Below are positions 36,601 through 45,592 of a stretch of DNA of 64,000 nucleotides, one piece after another. Each line of letters begins with the position of its first letter. Position 1 is the stretch's first letter. The stretch is from a virus (lineage: Duplodnaviria > Heunggongvirae > Uroviricota > Caudoviricetes). Made by a program: the position numbers and the translations under genes. The stretch spans positions 22,742 to 86,741 of IMG/VR virus record IMGVR_UViG_3300020042_009419; one strand, given 5' to 3'. The notes beneath the pieces were generated by a model that made no database searches, was not told the DNA's origin, and saw only the letters and a program-made list of their open reading frames with translations.

Positions 36601-37053
36601 ATGACAAAAACACTAACCCTTCGTTCCCTTGACATTCCGTCAATTCACAAATTTGGCATCGGCTTTGATTCCATGTTTGACGAGTTGCAGCGAATTCACT
36701 CACAACAATCCAGCACCAACTATCCCCCATATAACGTGGTCCAAATCACTGAGGACGAGTATATGATCAGCTTGGCTGTGGCTGGATTTGGTTTTGATAA
36801 TCTTTCAGTGACTAAAGAGAAAAACTTTTTAATTATTGAAGGCAAAGAATATCAAGCCGACAGTGAACAAATTGTGCCCAACTATCTACACAAGGGCATC
36901 AGCAACAGAGACTTCCGCAGAGAATTCAAACTGGCTGACCATGTAGAAATAGAGAACGCACATCTTGAATTGGGTATTCTTAACATTCATCTAAAACGTG
37001 AAATCCCTGAAGAACAAAAGCCCAAATCAATTGCTATTACCTACAAATCGTAA
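36601..37053 (+). CDS. small heat-shock protein, Hsp20/IbpA family
   Basis: Alpha-crystallin domain (PPYNVVQITEDEYMISLAVAGF). Confidence 0.8.
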   Translation: MTKTLTLRSLDIPSIHKFGIGFDSMFDELQRIHSQQSSTNYPPYNVVQITEDEYMISLAVAGFGFDNLSVTKEKNFLIIEGKEYQADSEQIVPNYLHKGISNRDFRREFKLADHVEIENAHLELGILNIHLKREIPEEQKPKSIAITYKS

Positions 37054-37074
37054 TACAATAAACTAGTGTAAATA

Positions 37075-37098
37075 CAGTAGCGGGACAGTCCCGCTACT
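37075..37098. repeat. perfect 12+1+12 palindrome CAGTAGCGGGAC-a-GTCCCGCTACTG between hsp20 and clpS
   Basis: No T-tract on either side, so not a canonical intrinsic terminator. Confidence 0.4.
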
Positions 37099-37114
37099 GA
37101 CAACAAGGAAAATT

Positions 37115-37426
37115 ATGCCTCAATCAGATACCCGTACTAAAATCAAGCCACTAGAACAAATAAAAGAACCGCCGCTGTTTAGAGTAGTATATCTCAACGA
37201 CAATCAAACTTCCATGGAATTTGTTGTGGAAACCCTGATTGACTATTTCAACTACACCGCGGAAACTGCGGAACAGATCACAGTGGACATTCACGAAACT
37301 GGCGCTGCCACTGTGGCTGTGTTACCATATGAACTGGCCGAACAAAAAGGTGTAGAAGTCACGCTGTTGGCACGGGCACAAAGTTATCCTTTGCAGATCA
37401 AACTGGAACCAGAACCCTCAACCTAA
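37115..37426 (+). CDS. clpS: ClpS adaptor protein
   Basis: PPLFRVVYLNDNQTSMEFVVETL and ITVDIHETGAATVAV match the ClpS core. Confidence 0.75.
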   Translation: MPQSDTRTKIKPLEQIKEPPLFRVVYLNDNQTSMEFVVETLIDYFNYTAETAEQITVDIHETGAATVAVLPYELAEQKGVEVTLLARAQSYPLQIKLEPEPST

Positions 37427-38214
37427 AAGTCGATCACAATTCGTTTGGGATGATAAACATATTGACTGTGGGTGGTGTTGCCGCGTCCACGACAGTTGTT
37501 GACAAATCTTACACCGCTGCGAGTTTGATCCACTGATCCATGATAATGTCCAAAACACCAGGTGTGTATTTTGTGTTCGGTATCTGCTGCCAGAGCCTGC
37601 ATCATGAGTCTATTGCCCATGACATTCATTCTCATTGATCCATCAAGACCAATATCGTGTGCAATCAGTGCAGGGTCAGGCACTGTGTGAGTGACCATTA
37701 CTATTTTTTTGACATCTCTATGAGTTTGCAAACGTTTGACACTGGCGGCCATGTAAGCAGCATCAGTGCGGCTCAGTTGAGTAATGGTCTTGGTAGTTGT
37801 GCTGCTTAGGTTGTATGTCGCTTGACACCATAGCGCACTCTGCTCCGAGTCAATGCTGAGATCAAAATCAAAACCCCACCAACCATTTGTGCCCAGAATC
37901 CCCACACCGTCCACTATGACCACGTTGTCTTGCAGATACACCACGTTGGGGATTCGATCAATCTGTGCTATAAATTCTCGGTAGCTGGCACCCAGATTGT
38001 CAAGACCCAACAAATGTTCGTCATTACCGTCAGTGTAAAACACAGCTTGATAGCACTGCCCCAGATGAGTCAGTGCCTTCAGCACCTGAGTACGATCGCT
38101 ACCAATATCGCCGGCTACAACACACACAGGGCTGGTGGCATAACCGGTCCAGACAAACTCTCCCCAGGTTTCTATATGTAAGTCAGAAATCAAATCAAAT
38201 GCAAATGTCATCAT
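37423..38214 (-). CDS. metallophosphoesterase (calcineurin-like)
   Basis: DLHIE, GDIGSD and GNDEH motifs. Confidence 0.65.
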   Translation of the reverse strand: MMTFAFDLISDLHIETWGEFVWTGYATSPVCVVAGDIGSDRTQVLKALTHLGQCYQAVFYTDGNDEHLLGLDNLGASYREFIAQIDRIPNVVYLQDNVVIVDGVGILGTNGWWGFDFDLSIDSEQSALWCQATYNLSSTTTKTITQLSRTDAAYMAASVKRLQTHRDVKKIVMVTHTVPDPALIAHDIGLDGSMRMNVMGNRLMMQALAADTEHKIHTWCFGHYHGSVDQTRSGVRFVNNCRGRGNTTHSQYVYHPKRIVIDF

Positions 38215-38235
38215 ACATATTTAAAAGGATTTAAC

Positions 38236-38589
38236 ATGCACATTATATTTGGCAGCACCTCTCAAGAAATACCCAACAGCTTCACAGTACTGGAGCTAGA
38301 CACATTTCGTATGGTCAAAGAAAATCGCACTGACACTGCATATTGCGTGGTGGAAAAAGTACCACTAACTGAACTTGCTATGTTGGATGCGTACAAAAAG
38401 ATACACGCTGATCTTGTACAGTATTATCGTCAGCGACAATGGAACTATTGTGAAAACGCCATCGAGGGTCTTATGGGCAAGTGGAATGGCGAACTGGACA
38501 CGTTCTACAGTGACCTCCTGACTCGGGTGATCAAGTTCAAGGAAAACGAACCAGACTCAGACTGGGACGGAACCTTGCTTAGAATTTAA
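38236..38589 (+). CDS. hypothetical protein
   Basis: 117-aa ORF. Confidence 0.4.
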   Translation: MHIIFGSTSQEIPNSFTVLELDTFRMVKENRTDTAYCVVEKVPLTELAMLDAYKKIHADLVQYYRQRQWNYCENAIEGLMGKWNGELDTFYSDLLTRVIKFKENEPDSDWDGTLLRI

Positions 38590-39882
38590 GTAAGATAAAA
38601 CTGTGTCAAGATGATCTTTATATCGATCAAAAACCTTGTATCGATCAAGCACACCGGTAATAAATTGTAAGTTACGAGTTTGCTCCCAGTGTTTTCCGGT
38701 GCAATTCTGATTCATTATGATCATGGCATGATTCATGTTGTTGTTATACTCTTGAACTATACTGGCTTGCCACTCATCAGAGAAAAATCTTTGTTTGTTT
38801 CTCTCAGCAATCTGATGCAGTTGATTCCATAATACAATTTTATCCGAATCGGTTAGAGAACTTATTCTAGTCATTTCCTGAATCACAGCGGCTAATCTAG
38901 CCACAGGATCTGTTTCAAGATCGTACGATTCATCTATTAGATTGCCAAATGTTTCAAATCCATAGCTACGCAGGTATTCCAGGCTACCAGCAGTGGCAAC
39001 CAACATAAAGGGTTTGCCGCAGGCAATGGGGCGCAGAGACTTTTCTGTGAGATGTAGCCGTGAATCATCAAACAAGGTTTCCAGCACAATTTCCATGCCT
39101 GTTTGAGCATAATCCCGATTGTTGTAATCAGCACTGGCATGTGAATCATGTGTGTTCGGGGGCAACATTGTTTCCAGATCAGTTCTGGCGATTGCCAAAT
39201 CAGGATTAACAAACTTGTGTTGACTATAATGCATGCCTGAATCTACAGGTGCAAAACTAGTGTGGCAATGTTTCACCAATCCTGCCTGGACCAGTAGGTC
39301 GGCAAACGTTAGTCTGTATTCTCTGGTGCCCGACCAGGCACGATTGTATATTAAAAAATCTTGTGCAAAAGTATCGGTATTATATTGTAGTACAGGGTCA
39401 TGTACAGCATATCTAAACCAATCAGATGCAATTAAGGCATGGCTCCAGTAGTACACTGGTAAAAATCCATGTTGAAAATATGTGTCAACTTCTCGACTGT
39501 TTTTTTCAGAATGTACTATTATAGTATAATCGTATAAATTGATTGTTTCTTGTACAACTCCTCTGAGATGTAATGATGTAAATTTACTAATCCACTGAGG
39601 TAGTTTATAACCGTCTAACAGGTGGTTACTGTTGCTATAATCTATCTTGTTCATCCAAAATTGTGTAAAATCATCAGAAGCCCAGTAATTAAAATTTAAT
39701 GGCTCCTGATCATGAAAAATTGCATACGGAGTGGTCATTTCTTTGACCCAGAGTGCAGTTGGCATTAGTTGCAACAGATCCTCAAGTTTTTTTGAGCCAT
39801 GCGGTGTGAAGCGATAAATTGTTATATCATGGTCGACAACATCATGCAAAAAGTTGTATAATCTATCTAAAGGAACTGACAT
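38557..39882 (-). CDS. hypothetical protein, possibly a glycosyltransferase; AT-rich gene
   Basis: 441 aa. C-terminal-half segment ACGKPFMLVATAGSLEYL resembles a GT-B nucleotide-sugar-binding region (weak). Its start is divergent from and adjacent to the UGDH start. Confidence 0.35.
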   Translation of the reverse strand: MSVPLDRLYNFLHDVVDHDITIYRFTPHGSKKLEDLLQLMPTALWVKEMTTPYAIFHDQEPLNFNYWASDDFTQFWMNKIDYSNSNHLLDGYKLPQWISKFTSLHLRGVVQETINLYDYTIIVHSEKNSREVDTYFQHGFLPVYYWSHALIASDWFRYAVHDPVLQYNTDTFAQDFLIYNRAWSGTREYRLTFADLLVQAGLVKHCHTSFAPVDSGMHYSQHKFVNPDLAIARTDLETMLPPNTHDSHASADYNNRDYAQTGMEIVLETLFDDSRLHLTEKSLRPIACGKPFMLVATAGSLEYLRSYGFETFGNLIDESYDLETDPVARLAAVIQEMTRISSLTDSDKIVLWNQLHQIAERNKQRFFSDEWQASIVQEYNNNMNHAMIIMNQNCTGKHWEQTRNLQFITGVLDRYKVFDRYKDHLDTVLSYLNSKQGSVPV

Positions 39883-39884
39883 AT

Positions 39885-41126
39885 ATGAAGAATATTGGAT
39901 TTATTGGAATTGGCAAATTGGGTCTAGAATGTGCAGAAGTCTTTGCTGAGCAGCACACAGTACGGGGATATGATATTTACCCGCGAACCAGTGACACAGT
40001 AAAAGTTTGTGATATTGATGAGCTGGTGAATCAAAGTGAATGGATCTTTATTGCTGTGCCAACTCCGCATCAGGAAGGTTACGATGGATCTGTGCCCAGC
40101 AGTCACATGGAACCCAAAGACTTTGGGCACGATGCTGTGATTGATGCTATCAAGAACATAAACAAATATGCAACTAGTCCAAAAAAGGTTGTGTTGATCA
40201 GTACTGTATTGCCCGGAACCACACGCCGCAAGTTTTTTCCGTTGTTGGACTCACAACATCAGTTCCTGTACAACCCGTATCTGATTGCCATGGGCAGTGT
40301 CAAATGGGACATGGTCAACCCAGAAATGGTCATGATTGGCACAGATGATGGCAATCCCAATGCTCTGGCTGCTGAACTGATTGATCTATACAAAACTATC
40401 ATGCAAAACAACCCACGCTACGAGATTGGCACCTGGGACGAATGTGAAGCAATGAAAATTTTTTACAACACATTTATCAGTGCCAAAGTGGGCCTGGTCA
40501 ACATGATACAGGACTTTGCTCTGCGAATTGGACATATCAATGTGGATGTGGTCACAGACGCCTTGGCACGAAGTACCATGCGTATCATGGGACCTAAATA
40601 CATGACAGCGGGCATGGGCGATGCAGGCGCTTGCCACCCAAGAGACAACATTGCTCTGCGTTGGTTGGCCAAAGAATATGACATTGGCTACGACTTGTTT
40701 GATACTGTGATGCATGCTAGAGAAATTCAAGCAAAAAATCTAGCAATGTTCTTGCTGGACCAAAGTACAACTCACAACAACTTACCCGTGGTAATACACG
40801 GCAAAGCATACAAGCCAGACGTTCCGTATTGCATCGGCAGTTACAGTACCCTGGTTGGTTTTTATCTAGAACAAGCAGGACACCAAGTGGTCTATGTTGA
40901 TCCGTTGGCAGATGATCCAGCTAATGTGGTTGACAGTGTGGATTATCCTGCGGTGTTTCTTTGGGCACACAATCGCAAAATCACTTATGAATACACTGGC
41001 GACCAATTGGACACACAACCCTACTGTGCTATCAAGCCGGGCAGCATCATAGTTGACCCTTGGCGCAAACTGACTTCAACACCGGAACTTCAAGTTGTTC
41101 ATTATGGCAACACAAGACCTGCTTAA
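39885..41126 (+). CDS. UDP-glucose/GDP-mannose dehydrogenase family protein
   Basis: N-terminal NAD-binding IGFIGIGKLG. Catalytic-Cys region GMGDAGACHPRD (compare GFGGSCFPKD). Confidence 0.7.
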   Translation: MKNIGFIGIGKLGLECAEVFAEQHTVRGYDIYPRTSDTVKVCDIDELVNQSEWIFIAVPTPHQEGYDGSVPSSHMEPKDFGHDAVIDAIKNINKYATSPKKVVLISTVLPGTTRRKFFPLLDSQHQFLYNPYLIAMGSVKWDMVNPEMVMIGTDDGNPNALAAELIDLYKTIMQNNPRYEIGTWDECEAMKIFYNTFISAKVGLVNMIQDFALRIGHINVDVVTDALARSTMRIMGPKYMTAGMGDAGACHPRDNIALRWLAKEYDIGYDLFDTVMHAREIQAKNLAMFLLDQSTTHNNLPVVIHGKAYKPDVPYCIGSYSTLVGFYLEQAGHQVVYVDPLADDPANVVDSVDYPAVFLWAHNRKITYEYTGDQLDTQPYCAIKPGSIIVDPWRKLTSTPELQVVHYGNTRPA

Positions 41127-41622
41127 ATATCATCTCCCGGTGTTCTGGGATGATGAATTCAAACGTCTAGACTACATTCGAGAACCTTTTAATGATCCTG
41201 TTAGTGTGGCTCAATGGGTTGGCCAAGGCTACCAGAGCAAATTCACAGGTGACTTGTGCGACATGCGTCACCGCTTGCCTGCCTGGAGCCAAACGTTCAT
41301 AAACATATACACCGAGATGGGCTGGAAGGATATTGGTCTGTCATTTTATCGCATGACCACTGGCACAGTGCTGCCAGTGCATGGTGATCTGTATCGAAGA
41401 TATATCGAACTGTTTGAATTGACGGGTCGGGAGCCAAGTATTCGTCGTGCCTTGGTGTTGCTGGAAGATTGGAAATCAGGACACTATCTAGAAGTTGACA
41501 ATGCACCCGTTGTAGACTGGAAAGCAGGACAGGTGGTTGAATGGCAATATGATACTCCGCATGCTGCTGCCAACCTGGGGCTGGAAGATAGATATACCTT
41601 GCAAATCACAGGACACGTTTGA
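41104..41622 (+). CDS. hypothetical protein, possibly cupin/2OG-oxygenase-like
   Basis: HxD...H spacing (PVHGD...TPHAA). Weak. Confidence 0.3.
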   Translation: MATQDLLKYHLPVFWDDEFKRLDYIREPFNDPVSVAQWVGQGYQSKFTGDLCDMRHRLPAWSQTFINIYTEMGWKDIGLSFYRMTTGTVLPVHGDLYRRYIELFELTGREPSIRRALVLLEDWKSGHYLEVDNAPVVDWKAGQVVEWQYDTPHAAANLGLEDRYTLQITGHV

Positions 41623-42545
41623 TGATAAGTTCATTCAATGAATGGGACACTCTGCGCAGCATTGTGGTAGGTGATGCAACGCATGCCAATTGGCCGGTGC
41701 TGGATCCTGTATTCAGAGCCGAAGCTGAACATACTCTCTGGAAAGAATCTCCGTTGCCCGCCGGGCCTGTGCCGCAATGGATCATAGACGAAGCCAATCA
41801 GGATCTGCAGACGCTGGCAGACACACTCACAGCACATGGAGTTGAAGTAGTGCGTCCCGATCCGCTGAACTTTCAAGTTCACGATGGTCTCTACAACTAC
41901 TGCCCCAGGGATAGACTAATTGTACATGGATCAACCATAATCAATCCGGCCATGATGTATCCCTGCAGAGACATGGAATTACAGTGTTATCATGACATTG
42001 TGGATCAAGCCGAACACTATCACTTTATGCCTCGCAACGAAGGCATGGTACTAGACGCTGCCAACGTGCTACGCCTGGGTCCAGACAAAATGTTGTTTTT
42101 GGAATCAGCATCGGGCAATAGAGCTGCCTATGATTGGTTGTGTCGAATCTTGCCTGACGTGGATATTGAACTGTGCAACTTCTATGCTGGTGTGCATATT
42201 GATTCAACCATTGTGGCGCTAAATGCAGATCAATTTGTTGTTAATAGCAGCAGGTTAAATCGTAATCGGGAAGATCTACCAAGACATCTCAGCCACAAAG
42301 AGATATTTTTTGTTGAGGAAGTAGTAGCACAAGGATTCTATCAATATCCATATGCTTCAAAATGGATTGCTCTCAACATGTTAAGCATTGATCCTCGAAC
42401 AGTCATAGTTGATGCCAAACAGGAAGCCATGATACAGGCTCTAGAACAGGGCATGGGTATGACAGTTATACCCCTAGAACTGCGCCACAGTAGAACCCTG
42501 GGCGGGGGATTTCACTGTGTTACCCTAGATCTAGTAAGAAGTTAA
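41622..42545 (+). CDS. amidinotransferase-superfamily enzyme (arginine/agmatine deiminase or amidinotransferase fold)
   Basis: C-terminal GGGFHCVTLDL carries the catalytic Cys signature of this superfamily. Also HIDS and an N-terminal LRSIVVG. Confidence 0.55.
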   Translation: MISSFNEWDTLRSIVVGDATHANWPVLDPVFRAEAEHTLWKESPLPAGPVPQWIIDEANQDLQTLADTLTAHGVEVVRPDPLNFQVHDGLYNYCPRDRLIVHGSTIINPAMMYPCRDMELQCYHDIVDQAEHYHFMPRNEGMVLDAANVLRLGPDKMLFLESASGNRAAYDWLCRILPDVDIELCNFYAGVHIDSTIVALNADQFVVNSSRLNRNREDLPRHLSHKEIFFVEEVVAQGFYQYPYASKWIALNMLSIDPRTVIVDAKQEAMIQALEQGMGMTVIPLELRHSRTLGGGFHCVTLDLVRS

Positions 42546-42829
42546 ACGTCTTGCCGTTCAACTACAACCGTCACTTGATTAGATGGATGATTGTTGATAA
42601 AATCTGCTGATCGCCGGGCCGCAGCTTCACTACTCCATGCACGTTTAAATACACTACCAGGAGTAAATGCAGTCATAGAAATATCTTCAGTCGCCGGCGG
42701 AAGCAAATAACCAGCAGTTTCTACTCCTTCAGCAAGTGTAGCATATCTGTCGGCAGCCGACTCTGCTATTAGCAGATTAAGTAGATCCATATTGACATTT
42801 TCGTTTACAGTTGCTATAGTTATCCACAT
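42542..42829 (-). CDS. hypothetical protein
   Basis: 95-aa ORF on the minus strand. Confidence 0.3.
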   Translation of the reverse strand: MWITIATVNENVNMDLLNLLIAESAADRYATLAEGVETAGYLLPPATEDISMTAFTPGSVFKRAWSSEAAARRSADFINNHPSNQVTVVVERQDV

Positions 42830-42860
42830 ATGTTAAGTTCCTTTGAATTATTTATGCTGG

Positions 42861-42889
42861 TAGACAAATAATGAAAAATCTTGTATAAT
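42861..42889 (+). promoter_or_regulatory. sigma70-type promoter (TAGACA-17-TATAAT) only 6 nt upstream of the uvdE ATG (leaderless transcript)
   Basis: Read directly from the sequence. Confidence 0.4.
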
Positions 42890-42895
42890 AAGCGT

Positions 42896-43924
42896 ATGAC
42901 TACACCCCAAATTGGTTTTTGTTGCAAATGGCTCAATGATCCGTCCGAATGTGGCGGCATGAAGGTCAATGCTGCGGACCGTGAACTAAACGGCCGATCA
43001 ACCACCATGCGCTGGCTTCGCGAGCACAAGGACGAGGCCGAACAGCGGCAATGGGACATAATGAATCACAATGCCGCAGCGGCAGTTCGCATGATCGAAC
43101 GAGTAGCCACCTTGCCCGAAGGTCGTAGAATGGTACGGCTGGGTTCAGAAATGCTGCAAGGCTATACTGAACCTTCATGGATCGACTGGTGGCAGCGCAA
43201 AGAGATACAAGATCACTGTGAACGGATCTTTGCTCCTGTTGGTGAAACTGCCCGCAGACTGGGTGTGAGACTCAGCTTCCATCCCGGACAGTTCTGTGTG
43301 CTGGCCAGTGAGCATGACGTGATTGTGGAACGCAGCATACTAGAATTTGAGTATCATGCAGACATGGCTCGCTGGATGGGCTATGGAAAAAGTTGGCATG
43401 ACTCGGGATTCAAGATAAATGTACATTTAAGTGGCAAAGGTGGTGTCACTAAATTCCTAAAGACCTTGGGTCGCCTCAGTTCCGAGGCCCGGAATCTTAT
43501 CTCCATCGAAAATGACGAAATGACAAATGGCATCGATTCTACTTTACTTGTGGCTGAGCATGTGGCTCTTGTGCTGGACATACACCATCACTGGATCAAC
43601 AGCGGAGAATACATCACGCCTGCGGACCCTCGTGCGCAACGGGTTGTTGAGTCTTGGCGTGGTGTTCGTCCTGCTCTTCACTACAGTGTTAGCCGTGAAG
43701 ATATTTTGGTGGGTCACGATCACCGAGTTCGACCCGATCTTGCTGGACTACTTGCAGCAGGTTTTAAAAAGCAGAAGCTCCGGGCACACAGCGATATGAT
43801 GTGGAACACTGCCTGCAATGAATGGGCCCTGACATTTGGTGATCAGTGGGATATTCAGTGTGAGGCCAAGGGCAAGAATCTTGCCAGTGAACAGGTGTAC
43901 AATCAGCGACTGGCTCAGACATGA
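42896..43924 (+). CDS. uvdE: UV-damage endonuclease UvdE/UvsE
   Basis: RLSFHPGQFCVLAS...LISIENDE...LDIHHH matches the UvsE motifs RIDFHPDQFVVLNS, ENDD and DYHHH. Confidence 0.65.
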   Translation: MTTPQIGFCCKWLNDPSECGGMKVNAADRELNGRSTTMRWLREHKDEAEQRQWDIMNHNAAAAVRMIERVATLPEGRRMVRLGSEMLQGYTEPSWIDWWQRKEIQDHCERIFAPVGETARRLGVRLSFHPGQFCVLASEHDVIVERSILEFEYHADMARWMGYGKSWHDSGFKINVHLSGKGGVTKFLKTLGRLSSEARNLISIENDEMTNGIDSTLLVAEHVALVLDIHHHWINSGEYITPADPRAQRVVESWRGVRPALHYSVSREDILVGHDHRVRPDLAGLLAAGFKKQKLRAHSDMMWNTACNEWALTFGDQWDIQCEAKGKNLASEQVYNQRLAQT

Positions 43925-44217
43925 ACGATATATTACCCAACATTTTTTCTTGGATACGAGATGACTATAAAACTTACCCTGTGCGTTTTGCAGTTGAGAT
44001 TGTGGCTTGGGCAGTGTCTATTGGCTGCTCGATCACAATGGCGATCACCGTCCCAAACCCTCCGTTGTTGTACATGTATCCTATCTGGATTGCTGGTTGT
44101 GCCATGTATGCTTGGGCTAGTTATACTAGGAAATCTTTTGGCATGCTGGCTAACTACATCCTGCTGGTAAGCATAGACATGGTGGGACTGGTTCGCATGA
44201 TTCTGCAAATTGTGTAA
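43921..44217 (+). CDS. small integral membrane protein (3 TM)
   Basis: ATGA-coupled to uvdE. Confidence 0.4.
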   Translation: MNDILPNIFSWIRDDYKTYPVRFAVEIVAWAVSIGCSITMAITVPNPPLLYMYPIWIAGCAMYAWASYTRKSFGMLANYILLVSIDMVGLVRMILQIV

Positions 44218-44230
44218 CAAAATTGTAACA
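44213..44230 (+). promoter_or_regulatory. Pho-box-like element: TGTAACA-aaat-TGTAACA
   Basis: Two 7-bp direct repeats with a 4-bp spacer (11-bp periodicity), about 38 nt upstream of the pstS ATG. Confidence 0.45.
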
Positions 44231-44268
44231 TTTTAGTCATTAAATAAATGTACTAACAAGGAGTCAAG

Positions 44269-45264
44269 ATGAAAAAATTATTAGCTATTCTATTATCAGT
44301 TGTTGCAGTTTCCGCAACAGCACAAGAAGTTACAGGAGCCGGTGCAACATTTCCGGCTCCGTTGTATTCAAAGTGGGCCAGTGACTACAACCGCGTGACC
44401 AACATCAAAATCAACTATCAGTCAGTTGGTTCAGGTGCAGGCATCAAACAGATTGAAGCCAAGACAGTTACGTTTGGTGCAAGTGATATGCCACTCACAG
44501 ATGATCGACTAAAAGATCTGGGACTATTCCAGTTCCCCACAGCAATTGGCGGCGTGGTTCCGGTGATCAACGTCAAGGGCATTGAACCCGGGCAAATGAA
44601 ACTCACAGGCACATTGATTGCAGACATTTTCTTAGGCAAGATTACCCGTTGGGACGACGCTGCTATCCGGGCACTGAACCCTTCATTATCTTTACCTGAC
44701 CAAGCAATCACTGTGGTTCGCAGAGCAGATGGATCAGGAACTACATTTATCTGGACCAACTATCTCAGCAAGGTATCTAAAGAATTCAAAGACACCATTG
44801 GCGAAGGCACAGCGGTCAACTGGAAAGTTGGAGCAGGCGGCAAAGGCAACGAAGGTGTTGCTGCAATGGTTCGTCAGTTGCCCGGATCATTGGGTTATGT
44901 TGAATTTGCTTATGTAAAGCAAACCAAGATGAACTGGGTCAATGTACAGAATTCAGCTGGTACCTGGGTGGCACCCACAGAAGAAGCATTCAAGGCAGCT
45001 GCCGCAAATGCTGACTGGAACCGAACATACTTTCAGATTCTAACTAATCAAGCAGGCAAAGAAGCATGGCCCATCTCAGGTGCTACATTTATTCTGGTGT
45101 ACTTGAAACCCGAAGATGCTGCAAAATCCAAAACTGCCATTGCGTTCTTTGACTGGGCATTTGCCAGTGGAGATAAAGCAGCAGATGATCTAGACTATGT
45201 GGCATTGCCTTTAGCAGTGAAGAACAAGATTCGTGCAGACTGGAAACGGTTGGCACTACACTAA
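44269..45264 (+). CDS. pstS: phosphate ABC transporter periplasmic phosphate-binding protein PstS
   Basis: Signal peptide followed by GAGATFPAPLYSKWA...YQSVGSGAGIKQ...TFGASDMPL. Aligns with E. coli PstS over its whole length. Confidence 0.9.
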   Translation: MKKLLAILLSVVAVSATAQEVTGAGATFPAPLYSKWASDYNRVTNIKINYQSVGSGAGIKQIEAKTVTFGASDMPLTDDRLKDLGLFQFPTAIGGVVPVINVKGIEPGQMKLTGTLIADIFLGKITRWDDAAIRALNPSLSLPDQAITVVRRADGSGTTFIWTNYLSKVSKEFKDTIGEGTAVNWKVGAGGKGNEGVAAMVRQLPGSLGYVEFAYVKQTKMNWVNVQNSAGTWVAPTEEAFKAAAANADWNRTYFQILTNQAGKEAWPISGATFILVYLKPEDAAKSKTAIAFFDWAFASGDKAADDLDYVALPLAVKNKIRADWKRLALH

Positions 45265-45312
45265 ACCGACCGCAAGATTGAGCGGAGGCTGGAACTCGTA
45301 ACCAGCACTAAG

Positions 45313-45340
45313 GGCCCCAGGGGCTCTTTTTTATTGGCAA
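45313..45340 (+). terminator. rho-independent terminator
   Basis: GGGCCCC-a-GGGGCTC hairpin followed by TTTTTTATT. Confidence 0.5.
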
Positions 45341-45543
45341 ATATTTCACTAACGGTATAAATAGTTTTCAAGGATGGGCATGTCATGAAACAATCAAAAT
45401 TGATCACAAAATTATACCGTGCCTGCGTTGACCACGATGACAAGAAGATTCAAGAACTTCGTCAAGAAGAATATCGAAAAATTCTGAAACACAAGGCTGC
45501 TGGTAAGACATTTACCGCCCGCTGGACTCTGGTACAGATATAG

Positions 45544-45561
45544 TGTAACACAACTGTAACA
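45544..45561 (+). promoter_or_regulatory. second Pho-box-like element: TGTAACA-caac-TGTAACA
   Basis: Same 7-4-7 architecture, about 31 nt upstream of the ATG at 45593. Confidence 0.45.
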
Positions 45562-45592
45562 TTGTTGGGGTGAGCTTCTGCTTAAATACCCC

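Noticed and set aside
42881-43924. ORF-track start at 42881 (MYNKR...) for the uvdE gene, and similar TTG/GTG-initiated extensions at 2009, 11024, 11719, 16733, 26848, 27834, 28165, 29116, 41095, 41619, 47077, 48416, 49358, 49527, 49883, 57594 and 61709.
   Set aside because: These upstream extensions begin at TTG or GTG codons, often inside promoters or terminators or overlapping the upstream gene. In-frame ATGs with an RBS, or with ATGA/TGATG coupling, lie just downstream and were preferred.
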